Of a stretch of 64,000 bases of DNA, positions 9,741 through 18,550 are shown in pieces. Numbering within the stretch: position 1 is the first letter of the stretch; the number at the start of each line of letters is the position of its first letter. Source of the DNA: a virus; IMG/VR virus record IMGVR_UViG_3300027754_003462; one strand, given 5' to 3'. The notes under the pieces were generated by a model. It was not told where the DNA came from. It searched no databases and was given only the letters and a program-made list of their open reading frames with translations. The translations under genes were made by a program, and so were the position numbers.

Positions 9741-10491
9741 CCAATATTCTTTCTGCAAACATTTTGTGTCCTTGTGGGCCAGCATGCATGTAATCTCTGG
9801 CATACTCTACTTCTTCTCGACTGCGAGCAAAATAATCGTGTGCGTCGTAGGTCAAACAGGGTATTCCTAAATTTTGACAAAGAGCCTGAACTGCCAATTT
9901 GTTCTTTGCGTTATTTAAGTCTTGATTACCTTCATTTGTCATCCAGTGCTTGAGAATCACATCAGCACCGAACTCACCGTCAGTGGTATTGGGCATCATT
10001 GTATGCATTTCAGGTTTGCCTGTTGCTCTAATAATATCAAATCTGTTTTTAGGTGGAGCGGCCATGACAACCAACTCCGGGCGTAACACTGGCAACCAGA
10101 ACTTTGCCAACATAAAACAAGTGTCTGCGCTGGTACCGCCCCAGGCCAAGTTGTATGATGTCATGTTGAGTTCATTGCCCAATATGGTCGGCCAGATTGT
10201 GTCAAGTGGCAGTCCAATGCCCACTGTGTAACTACAGCCCAGTGCAACCACCGACTTGACTCCAAACTCAAATTCTTGGCATCTGAATCCATACTTGTTT
10301 ATCTTGTATGTGATTGCATTGGGCTTGTCCCAACCTTTGGCCTGAAAATATTCACGGTGTGCAGGATCTTGTATCATGCGCTCGTAACTTTCTTTAGTGT
10401 CTGTTGGCAGCCAATCTAGTGTTCGTCCGGCACATGATATCCCCGGGTGCCACGGTGGTGCCAATGGCAGTGAATCTTTAAACGAATCCAT
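9715..10491 (-). CDS. SGNH/GDSL-like hydrolase or acyltransferase
   Basis: ALGCSYT (GDS-like block), NLAWGGTS and DYMH (DxxH). Confidence 0.6.
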   Translation of the reverse strand: MDSFKDSLPLAPPWHPGISCAGRTLDWLPTDTKESYERMIQDPAHREYFQAKGWDKPNAITYKINKYGFRCQEFEFGVKSVVALGCSYTVGIGLPLDTIWPTILGNELNMTSYNLAWGGTSADTCFMLAKFWLPVLRPELVVMAAPPKNRFDIIRATGKPEMHTMMPNTTDGEFGADVILKHWMTNEGNQDLNNAKNKLAVQALCQNLGIPCLTYDAHDYFARSREEVEYARDYMHAGPQGHKMFAERILDDWRKKYA

Positions 10492-11635
10492 GTTTGATTC
10501 CTTCTGCAAGTTCTGACCATAGGTCAACAAAATGCGTTGTTTTGTTTAGTTCAGTTTCTATTTTTTGATGAAACTTCAACACCTCAGGTTTATACTTGTT
10601 GATATCTTTGACATAAGTGTTATCCTGTAACTGCTTGCGATAGTTTTGTAGCGTGTGTATTCCTAAATTAATGTGGTGGCCCCAGCGTTCTGTCACTTGA
10701 TCAATTTGAGACATTGCCTGCAATCGCAGTTGTTCAGGCAGTCGTCTTGCATCTAGATCATAAGGATGCATGAGTTCGCACCAGTAAATTTCTAAAGATC
10801 GGGCTGTACAGAATTCATAATATGAAATCAAATCAAATGCATTGTATATGCTGTAGGCCGGGTGTGCTTTGATTGTTTGTGAATCTTGATTCATAGTGTC
10901 AAGGTTGGCAGTTAGTGTTGTCCATTGTGCTCCGTTGCGAACATATTCAAACTTGTCAGCCTCAACATTGTCAAAACTCACCATCCACTCCACACGTGGC
11001 CAAGTCTTGAGTTTTTGGTATATAGGGTTTGTGACAATGTTCACACTGAGATTGGTTGTGACCATGACATTGACTTTGTTGGGATCAAGGTGATCTAAAA
11101 AATCAGCCAGGCCTTTTTGCAATAGTGGTTCTCCGCCACCTAGACTGAGTCCGTGTATGTTATGGCCTTGTGTTTTTGCAAGTGCAATCAAGTCCTCATG
11201 CTCATTTTTAACATGATTGATAGGTATTTTCTTGACGCTTTGCCAGGCTGTGCTGGTTTCAGGATTACAATACACACAAGATAAGTTACACAAATTACTC
11301 CAGTTGACCACAAGATGTTGTAATTCAAAAAAATCTAAATCTTTGTCAATCTCTGTTAGTGTACTTTGGTCAGCATGGCGCACCGTCCTGCCACTTGAAC
11401 CTGTTGTTTCTTCAAGACTTTTGCACCAACTGCATCCTGGGTGCCATTCACCACGAGCCATGGTTTCTCTCATGCTTGTTAATATAGGGCCTCGAATGAT
11501 GTTTTGTATTGTGTCTTTTTTGTTGTTTCCCACCATCTCTACACAATGGAAACAAGGACTAACATGCCCGGATTGATCAATGTTCAAACTGGTCCAAGGC
11601 GCTGAGCAAAATGTAGGGCTGTCAGTTATTTGCAT
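10478..11635 (-). CDS. Radical SAM enzyme with N-terminal SPASM/twitch-like Fe-S domain
   Basis: CNLSCVYC, GGEPLL and TTN. N-terminal CSAPW..PC..CSWC. Confidence 0.85.
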   Translation of the reverse strand: MQITDSPTFCSAPWTSLNIDQSGHVSPCFHCVEMVGNNKKDTIQNIIRGPILTSMRETMARGEWHPGCSWCKSLEETTGSSGRTVRHADQSTLTEIDKDLDFFELQHLVVNWSNLCNLSCVYCNPETSTAWQSVKKIPINHVKNEHEDLIALAKTQGHNIHGLSLGGGEPLLQKGLADFLDHLDPNKVNVMVTTNLSVNIVTNPIYQKLKTWPRVEWMVSFDNVEADKFEYVRNGAQWTTLTANLDTMNQDSQTIKAHPAYSIYNAFDLISYYEFCTARSLEIYWCELMHPYDLDARRLPEQLRLQAMSQIDQVTERWGHHINLGIHTLQNYRKQLQDNTYVKDINKYKPEVLKFHQKIETELNKTTHFVDLWSELAEGIKHGFV

Positions 11636-12765
11636 AGGAATTCCAATTCTGGCCATAGTCGTACAAAATCTCCCGATTTGTCTGGATGGAACACAGTTTC
11701 GTTGTCATGAATATGTTTACGAAAGTTTTGTTGTATCTCAGGATTGGGCTCTGATTGACTGTACTTGTCTCTTGCTTGATCAAAGAACTGTCGCTCTGCT
11801 GGGGTAGCAATGTCCATCTCATAGAATCGATCGATTTCCCGGCTGGCCAACTCAGCCACTTCGGGTCCATGTTGGAACGGATCAAGATAATCTGGTTGGA
11901 ATAAATTTTGCCACAGCACTGTGGTGCCAGTATCTTGGGCAAACTGCCTAAACTCACAAAGTCGTGTGGCACTGTAAATATTGTATACAGCGTGTATGCC
12001 GCCCCAATGGCCATTGTTCTTCATGAGATATTTAACTGTTTGTATATTGTGTTGCAACAACTTCCAGTCAGCACCGTGACGTACATATTCTAGTCTATCA
12101 CCCGTGTTGTCAAAACTCATGGACCAGCCTACATTACGTCTCTGGGTAAGTTTTTTAAATATTTTATTTTTTTCCAGATCAACATTCATATTTGTGATCA
12201 GTGTTACTATGGCACTTTCAGGAATGACATCTAGCAAGCGTTCGTTTTCGGGCAATAATAATGGTTCGCCTCCGACCAAGGCCACTTCGTGTATGTGTTC
12301 ATGATGTTGCTCAAGAAAGTCACACACTTGTTCATAGTAGGGTCTTGTGCCTGATCGGAATGGCACGTTTTTTATACTAGCCCATTTACTAGAACAACCG
12401 GGCCCACAGTAGTTACAACTCAAGTTACAGGTTGTGTTCCAACGCACATCAAATATCACAGGATAGTGATATCGGTCACCTGCTAGGGCATAATCAAAGT
12501 TGGGATTCACACGGTTGTGCCAGGCACGTTCCGAGTCTGCGCCAAAGCGTTCGGCTTTTACACAATTACTGCAATACTCATGCGGCTGACCTTGTGCTAG
12601 GCTGGCACGTATTTCTGCCATTAAATCAGTGTTTAAGATTTCTTCAATGGTGTTGGCATTGAGGTTACCCAACATGTTGGGATTGCCTGCGCAACAGGTT
12701 TTGACATTGCCTTGGGGATTGATGTGCAGGCCACGCCAGGGTGCCGCACAGTAGAAATTGCTCAT
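11626..12765 (-). CDS. Radical SAM enzyme with N-terminal SPASM/twitch-like Fe-S domain (paralog)
   Basis: CNLSCNYC, GGEPLL and ITN. N-terminal CAAPW..CC..CSNC. Confidence 0.85.
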   Translation of the reverse strand: MSNFYCAAPWRGLHINPQGNVKTCCAGNPNMLGNLNANTIEEILNTDLMAEIRASLAQGQPHEYCSNCVKAERFGADSERAWHNRVNPNFDYALAGDRYHYPVIFDVRWNTTCNLSCNYCGPGCSSKWASIKNVPFRSGTRPYYEQVCDFLEQHHEHIHEVALVGGEPLLLPENERLLDVIPESAIVTLITNMNVDLEKNKIFKKLTQRRNVGWSMSFDNTGDRLEYVRHGADWKLLQHNIQTVKYLMKNNGHWGGIHAVYNIYSATRLCEFRQFAQDTGTTVLWQNLFQPDYLDPFQHGPEVAELASREIDRFYEMDIATPAERQFFDQARDKYSQSEPNPEIQQNFRKHIHDNETVFHPDKSGDFVRLWPELEFLCK

Positions 12766-12800
12766 GTAGTATTTACATGCCCAATTTTGCGATGCTACAT

Positions 12801-12878
12801 TTACACCGGGCTGTAGGGATTACGATGTCGATCGTATCCATCGTCGGGCGGTAATACCGGGTACTCGTTATTCCGCAT
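12801..12878 (-). CDS. 25-aa peptide MRNNEYPVLPPDDGYDRHRNPYSPV (absent from the ORF track)
   Basis: Translated by hand. ATG overlaps the end of the nuclease gene and the ORF fills the intergenic gap. No clear SD. Confidence 0.5.
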   Translation of the reverse strand: MRNNEYPVLPPDDGYDRHRNPYSPV

Positions 12879-13686
12879 TGCGACCACACCGGGCACGTTT
12901 GGCATTGGTCAATGCACCAAAATCCACTGGCCATTCTTTGCCAGGTTGTACTTCCGTAACACCTGGGGGAAACTTATAGTCAACCCCTGCTACTTTTTCT
13001 ATTTCTGCAATGGGCCGGCGGAACACAGTCAAGTCGTTGCCCAGGTTAACATAGGGCTTGGTATGTGGGAATACCCAACCTGCGGCCTGCTTGGTTGTGT
13101 TGTTGATAACAATCTTGTAGAAGCCATGTGGTACAATAACACCGTTGCCAATTGTGGGGTCACCGGCACCATACAATGCACCTACATAAATTGTGAAAGG
13201 TTGGTTTAGTTGCACCGTCCATCCGCGAACTGCTGTTTCCAACAGTTTCCAAATACCACGATTTAATGATCCGTGTTGCGGATACATGTTGGTCATCAAG
13301 AAACTTTCATATTCCACTTGTGCTGACCAACTCAAGTCACCGTCAGGAGCGGCATGTCCTTTGTCGTAGCCTGTGCCTGCATAGTCATCTGGTCTGGCAC
13401 CTGTGCCACCTAGGCTTTGGTCTGCTACAAATGCATTAGTGCGCGGAAAGCATCCTAGTGCGTTTTGTGGTAGTAGTGTATATGCCACATAAGCAGGAAT
13501 CTTAACAGGTGCATCATATGCCACAAGATACGCTTCACGGCAAATTGCTTGTACCGGACGATTGACTATGGCAAATCCATAAGGTGAGTGTACTTGACAT
13601 GCCTGTACAGGATTAGGAGCACGTTGATCCCAGGCTTGTGCTAGTCCTGCTGTGAGTAGCAAGACCACGGTTAATATTTTTTTCAT
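12868..13686 (-). CDS. DNA/RNA non-specific endonuclease (NucA/EndoG family) with signal peptide
   Basis: GYDKGH (DRGH-like), TNMYPQ..LNRGIW and VP..FYKI. N-terminus MKKILTVVLLLTAGLAQA. Confidence 0.85.
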   Translation of the reverse strand: MKKILTVVLLLTAGLAQAWDQRAPNPVQACQVHSPYGFAIVNRPVQAICREAYLVAYDAPVKIPAYVAYTLLPQNALGCFPRTNAFVADQSLGGTGARPDDYAGTGYDKGHAAPDGDLSWSAQVEYESFLMTNMYPQHGSLNRGIWKLLETAVRGWTVQLNQPFTIYVGALYGAGDPTIGNGVIVPHGFYKIVINNTTKQAAGWVFPHTKPYVNLGNDLTVFRRPIAEIEKVAGVDYKFPPGVTEVQPGKEWPVDFGALTNAKRARCGRNAE

Positions 13687-13718
13687 TGTGTAGCCTTTTG
13701 TAATATGCTACTATTTAG

Positions 13719-14099
13719 TTAGTAACCGTTGAAGGGTTTTACTGGGCTGGTGTGATTGACCGAGGCTGGTTCTAAACTGTTGGGGGTACTTATCTGTACC
13801 TTTTTAACAGGCAGGCCGGCCATTTTCAATGCTTGATCAATAACTGGCTCTACTGAGGCATTGAATCCAGCAATCACAGCATCTTCGCCAAATGCGGCTT
13901 GTGCTGACCAAGCAGGCATGTTGGGTATGGGATCTTGTGTGCCGGCATCACTTCTGGCTCGAGCCATGGCCACACCCAGACGATATATTTGATAAGGGTC
14001 ACTGGACTGCACCCCTGGTAACACAAACACATGATTCATGGGATCTGCCAGTTCAGGAGGCAATGTTGCTTCTTCAGTGATAAATTCTCGTGCTCTCAT
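13719..14099 (-). CDS. Probable internal head protein (CTS-like N-terminus)
   Basis: Begins MRAREFITE. Paralog of the next gene (R.GVAMA, VN.TSP..F.GY). Confidence 0.6.
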   Translation of the reverse strand: MRAREFITEEATLPPELADPMNHVFVLPGVQSSDPYQIYRLGVAMARARSDAGTQDPIPNMPAWSAQAAFGEDAVIAGFNASVEPVIDQALKMAGLPVKKVQISTPNSLEPASVNHTSPVKPFNGY

Positions 14100-14467
14100 C
14101 AGTAGCCTTTAAATGCTTCAATGGGACTAGTGGTGTTTACCGCAGGATGTTCTTCACTGTCAAAATCGCCGTGATTTAGATCTTCATAATCTGCCCCAGC
14201 TGCCTTGTATGCTTGTATGAGCATTCGTTGCTCAACTTCAGTATAAGGGCTTGCTGTGCGTTTTTTTCCTACCCAACTCTTGCCATCCATCTTGATTGGT
14301 TTATTAGATCCGTCGGCCATGGCCACGGCCATCATCACACGATTGAGAGTATAGTCACTGTTGGCTTTTTCACTGTCACTAAACAAATTAAGGCCCACCG
14401 TGGCACTTTGATTACGGGTGCTTAATTTTCCCTGACGCATTTCAGTAACAAACTCTTGTGCTCGCAC
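14099..14467 (-). CDS. Probable internal head protein (CTS-like N-terminus)
   Basis: GTG start, begins MRAQEFVTE. Its stop overlaps the next start (TGATG). Confidence 0.6.
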   Translation of the reverse strand: MRAQEFVTEMRQGKLSTRNQSATVGLNLFSDSEKANSDYTLNRVMMAVAMADGSNKPIKMDGKSWVGKKRTASPYTEVEQRMLIQAYKAAGADYEDLNHGDFDSEEHPAVNTTSPIEAFKGY

Positions 14468-14469
14468 GA

Positions 14470-14799
14470 TTAACTCGAAGTTGAGCCGTACACACCACTT
14501 GTGCCGGATGTGGCAGTACCTAGTGCTGTGGCTGTGAATGCATTGCCTGTAACAATGTTAAGGTAGTTGCCGGCTCCGATATAGTACTGTTGCACGGTAT
14601 TACCTGGTACCACAATGGCATTGGCATACAAGTTGCCTGTGGGCATGGTGGTGTTCACCGGCACACCATTGGCCTGTATGTATTGAGTTTGTGTCAAACT
14701 AACTTGGAATGTAACGTTGGCCAACGTGGTAGCAATTTCTACCTTGTCTGTAGTCCAAGCCACGTTGGATACAGCGTTGACAACTTGAACAGCAGGCAT
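14470..14799 (-). CDS. Small beta-rich protein, probably virion structural
   Basis: T/N/V/A-rich ORF with AAGGA SD inside a late operon. Confidence 0.6.
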   Translation of the reverse strand: MPAVQVVNAVSNVAWTTDKVEIATTLANVTFQVSLTQTQYIQANGVPVNTTMPTGNLYANAIVVPGNTVQQYYIGAGNYLNIVTGNAFTATALGTATSGTSGVYGSTSS

Positions 14800-14969
14800 T
14801 ATTTTGTGTCCTTGGGTGGTTCACTCACAACTGGTTGAAACAAGTTGCGTGTTTGATCCAACACACCGGGAATGTACACTGGTTGTTGTTTGTAACCGCC
14901 AGTGGCAGGACTATGTGGATTGATAACAGGGGGTGTTGTCAATGCTGTGGTAAAAGGTTGTGTGGTCAT
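14799..14969 (-). CDS. 56-aa proline-rich protein
   Basis: Start MTTQPF follows a GGAG SD directly after the stop of the 982-aa gene. Confidence 0.55.
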   Translation of the reverse strand: MTTQPFTTALTTPPVINPHSPATGGYKQQPVYIPGVLDQTRNLFQPVVSEPPKDTK

Positions 14970-14970
14970 A

Positions 14971-17919
14971 TTATACTCCGTATTGTCCTTTGTATTGTTT
15001 CCAAAGATTAGCAGTGGAAGCAAGAATGCCTTCGTCAATATCTTTTTTCTTGACAGCATTTGTGCCTGGAATTTTTTCTCCAACTTTGACGTCATTATCT
15101 GCAAGGCCTTTTGTAAACAAGTTGCCTTCTTCAGTTTTTTCTTCGTCAACTTCTTTTTTCTTGACACCGGCCATTTCCATCATTCTATGAAGTTCTTGAT
15201 CATCTTCGTATGTGTGTTGACGCTCGTCCTGGCTGGCAATCACAGGAATAGTTGTTTGTCCAGTTGATTTAGGACCGTTTAATCCACCCGAATATTCAAA
15301 ACTATCTTGTGCAGTTTCAGTGTTGGTAGGATAATCAGGTGAATTTTGGCTTACAACGTCATCGCCATAGGCTTCGTCAACTGTTTCGCAGCCGCAGTCT
15401 TCTTGACCACATGCATCGCACACTTCGTCGTCGTGGCCATGATCATCATCAACTGCTTGACGTATTTGATCAGCAATGCCTTCTGCACCGTGTACTTCTA
15501 TTTCGGCGCCAGGTGCTTGGCCGCCCATGTCATGATCGCCGCCTAGGCCGGCATTTTTCAACAACTCGCCCAGTTTCATGGCATCGTCATCAGTGGCAGT
15601 CACAGTCACGCTCCGACTTGGGCCGCCTGTGGCGTCAGTGTTCATGCTCATGCTGATATTCATGCTTTCAGAGATCATGCTTTCTAGTTCACGATTCATG
15701 GAGTCATAAATGCCTTGTCCAAACCCGAAGCCACTTGATGCTGTGGGAGTGTCAGTTCCGCCTTGCTCTTTGACTTTCTTTTTCTTCTCGTCGTATTCAA
15801 TGTCTTTGGTGACTTTCTTGCCGGCTTTTTCTGCTTTGGTATCTTCGGATCCACGCTTCTTGCCGTGAATGCCATCTTTCTTTTTCTCATCATACTCAAT
15901 GTCTTTGGCAACCTTGCGGCCTGCACGTTCAGCACGGTTGTCACGGGTAGAAGTTTTTTCTTCGCCCATGGCCATTTCGTCGTCCTCTTGGTTCTGCATG
16001 TAGTCGTCCACAGCAGTCATCATGCTTTCGATCTTGGCCAACTTGGATTGTACCCATTCTGGCAGGTTGTCATTGTCGCCCAGGATCTTTTCCAGGGCTT
16101 GTGCATGACGCACCACAGTTTTAATACTGTCTTTGGCCATGTCGCCTTCTTGATCATACTCACCACGATCTATGATATCAAGATCACCTTCCGCCATGTC
16201 TTGTTTTAAGGCTTGCACAACAGCAGTTAACAAATCATTGAATGTTAATTTGGGATTGACCAAGGCACCGGGAACAATAGTTTTGTCGCCGTATACAAGG
16301 TCAACGTCGTCAAAATAAAGTGGAGAATTTCTTGGCAAACCGGCGTTTTTTTCTAACCAGTTTGTAAGTTTCTTTACATCCTGAGTTTCTTTGTAGTAAC
16401 CAGCGACGTTTCCAAGATCGGCTTCGTTGGTTTTGCGACCGCCTTTGTGTTTGGTAGCCTTGCTGGTCACACGCTCAGGGCCTTTGTCAGCACCTTTTGG
16501 ACGACCGCGTCCGCGCTTTTCACCTGCGGCTGGCTCATCACTATCAGCACCTACTGAATAACCTGTGTTGGGATCAACTCTGCGTGTTACTCTGCGGCCG
16601 CCAGGAACTTCTTGTGTGTCATGCTTGTCACCGTGTGTGACATCGCCAACTTTGCGTTTGCGCATTTCATCACGGGCGCTGTCCACAGTCGGAAAGCCTT
16701 CGTCAGCCACTTGCTTGTTGCCGCCTTTGCGCAACATAGCAAAGTCGTTGGCATCTAGTTTGCCGTTCTTGTTCATGTCAATTTTCTTTTGCTTGGGACT
16801 AAGTGCGCTTTTGATGGCTTCAGCAGCCACGTCACCCAACATCTCATCAACTTCTTTCTTGGCGCCGGCAATCTTGTCGGCAAAAGTAATTTTGTCTTTG
16901 GGAGGTGCAAGTTTAGCAAATGACTTTTGTTTAGGTGTCATTGGCGCACCGTCTTCTTCAGCCATGGCAGCATTTCTCATTTTTGCTGGCATCTGTGATG
17001 CTAACTTTTGAGCATGCATTTTATCGTTCATATTGGCTTTATGGACACTGGTTTTATTGGATAAATCTGCATAGTGTTGGCTTGCTTTATTGTACCCAGG
17101 AATCAATGCCATTTCAGGATCATCACTTTGTTTAACCAATTTACTTTTTATACGGTCAACTTCATTATCAAATTTTACACTACGTCGGTTTGCCGCATTT
17201 CTAGTTCTGTTTAGCAACTCAGAACTTAGTTCATCAAGTTCTTGTGGCTTCTTGCCAGTTTGTGGCATGCCCATCTTGCGTTGCAAGTCTTTGCGCATGG
17301 ATTGATCGTCACCATGGCCCAGGCGGTTCATCACAGCGCCGCCAACTTTCTTGACTGCACTGCCAACTCGCTTGGCCACATCACCCATGCCCTCGTCCAT
17401 GTCTTTTTGTTTTTTACGCAAGGCACTATTGAACTTGTCATCTAGTCTATTGTATTTGTCAGATGCTTTTTGATCTCGGCGATCGTCAGCATCAGCATAT
17501 TTCATACCTGCCTTGTCCCTTGCACGTTTTAATAGGTCAGTACTGAGTTCATTGACTTGGTCTTTATCATACTTGTCATACTTGGCACGAACTGGATCCA
17601 GTGCCTTGCCTTCACGTCCAGCCTTGGCCAGGGCCTGCATGCCTTCTTTGCCATACTTCTCATAGCCTTTGGCCGCACGGCTCATGCCTTCTTCTTCTAG
17701 TTTGCCAGATTTTTTCATCTTTTGGAACTGAGCACCCGCCACACGCTCACCAGCGGCCTTGCTACCGTATTCTTTGCCGGCTTTTTTTGCCAAGGCATCA
17801 AACCCAGTGGTCTTGTTGTTGTGCTTGCCCATGTCACGTTCATTTAACTGACCGTGTGTGGTTTCTGGCTTCTCGCGAATTGCGTTTAGTTTGTCGTTGA
17901 GATTGTAAAAAAATGTCAT
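14971..17919 (-). CDS. 982-aa charged modular protein, probable prohead core/internal polyprotein
   Basis: K/D/E-rich with about 15 spaced [VLIM]-X-E-like motifs and one EF-hand-like loop (DMNKNGKLDANDF). GAGGA SD. Confidence 0.7.
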   Translation of the reverse strand: MTFFYNLNDKLNAIREKPETTHGQLNERDMGKHNNKTTGFDALAKKAGKEYGSKAAGERVAGAQFQKMKKSGKLEEEGMSRAAKGYEKYGKEGMQALAKAGREGKALDPVRAKYDKYDKDQVNELSTDLLKRARDKAGMKYADADDRRDQKASDKYNRLDDKFNSALRKKQKDMDEGMGDVAKRVGSAVKKVGGAVMNRLGHGDDQSMRKDLQRKMGMPQTGKKPQELDELSSELLNRTRNAANRRSVKFDNEVDRIKSKLVKQSDDPEMALIPGYNKASQHYADLSNKTSVHKANMNDKMHAQKLASQMPAKMRNAAMAEEDGAPMTPKQKSFAKLAPPKDKITFADKIAGAKKEVDEMLGDVAAEAIKSALSPKQKKIDMNKNGKLDANDFAMLRKGGNKQVADEGFPTVDSARDEMRKRKVGDVTHGDKHDTQEVPGGRRVTRRVDPNTGYSVGADSDEPAAGEKRGRGRPKGADKGPERVTSKATKHKGGRKTNEADLGNVAGYYKETQDVKKLTNWLEKNAGLPRNSPLYFDDVDLVYGDKTIVPGALVNPKLTFNDLLTAVVQALKQDMAEGDLDIIDRGEYDQEGDMAKDSIKTVVRHAQALEKILGDNDNLPEWVQSKLAKIESMMTAVDDYMQNQEDDEMAMGEEKTSTRDNRAERAGRKVAKDIEYDEKKKDGIHGKKRGSEDTKAEKAGKKVTKDIEYDEKKKKVKEQGGTDTPTASSGFGFGQGIYDSMNRELESMISESMNISMSMNTDATGGPSRSVTVTATDDDAMKLGELLKNAGLGGDHDMGGQAPGAEIEVHGAEGIADQIRQAVDDDHGHDDEVCDACGQEDCGCETVDEAYGDDVVSQNSPDYPTNTETAQDSFEYSGGLNGPKSTGQTTIPVIASQDERQHTYEDDQELHRMMEMAGVKKKEVDEEKTEEGNLFTKGLADNDVKVGEKIPGTNAVKKKDIDEGILASTANLWKQYKGQYGV

Positions 17920-17923
17920 TGTA

Positions 17924-18529
17924 TTATCCTCTTGGGTTTGCGCCAGTGGCTGGGCGGGGTTGACGCTTGATATTGGTCATGGGGCTCTTGTTACCCATTG
18001 GCAATTCATTTGTGGTTTTGGCAGGAGGTGTCTTGCCCCCGGCCACGGTAAAATTACTACGATATGCATTTTTCAAGACTTCGTGATCGTACGGACCAGT
18101 TGCATAGTCTTTGCTCAAGGCTCGTTGTTCTGCATCAGGAGCAGGGTATGGTGAATCTAACAAATCTTTATTTTGATCTGCAATCTTTTCACTTTCAATG
18201 TCGAGACTTTCTTCATATGGAGTGGACATCATCACAATGCGATTGGGATCCAGCCCAAGAATCTGTGCCAGTTGTTTGATTTGTGGCTCAATGGCTGGAT
18301 ACTTGAATTCCACATCCACAATCTTCATTGGCTGATTGGGAAACGCTGGAAAATCAGGGATCACTCGACGAACCGGTGTGCTCTTGGCATTTGACATATT
18401 GACAATGTCAAATTGAGCACATTTATCTCGGAGTTCTTTGAAAAAGCCATCGGGCACATCACCCACCACTTTGATGCGGTAGTTGTATGTACGTTCGCTT
18501 TCGGCTAGGTATTTGGCAAATGGTTTCAT
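17924..18529 (-). CDS. Probable head-associated protein (CTS-like N-terminus MKPFAKYLAE)
   Basis: Preceded by TAAATA and an AGGA SD. First gene of the internal-protein block. Confidence 0.6.
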   Translation of the reverse strand: MKPFAKYLAESERTYNYRIKVVGDVPDGFFKELRDKCAQFDIVNMSNAKSTPVRRVIPDFPAFPNQPMKIVDVEFKYPAIEPQIKQLAQILGLDPNRIVMMSTPYEESLDIESEKIADQNKDLLDSPYPAPDAEQRALSKDYATGPYDHEVLKNAYRSNFTVAGGKTPPAKTTNELPMGNKSPMTNIKRQPRPATGANPRG

Positions 18530-18550
18530 ATTCAGTATCCTGTTGTATAT

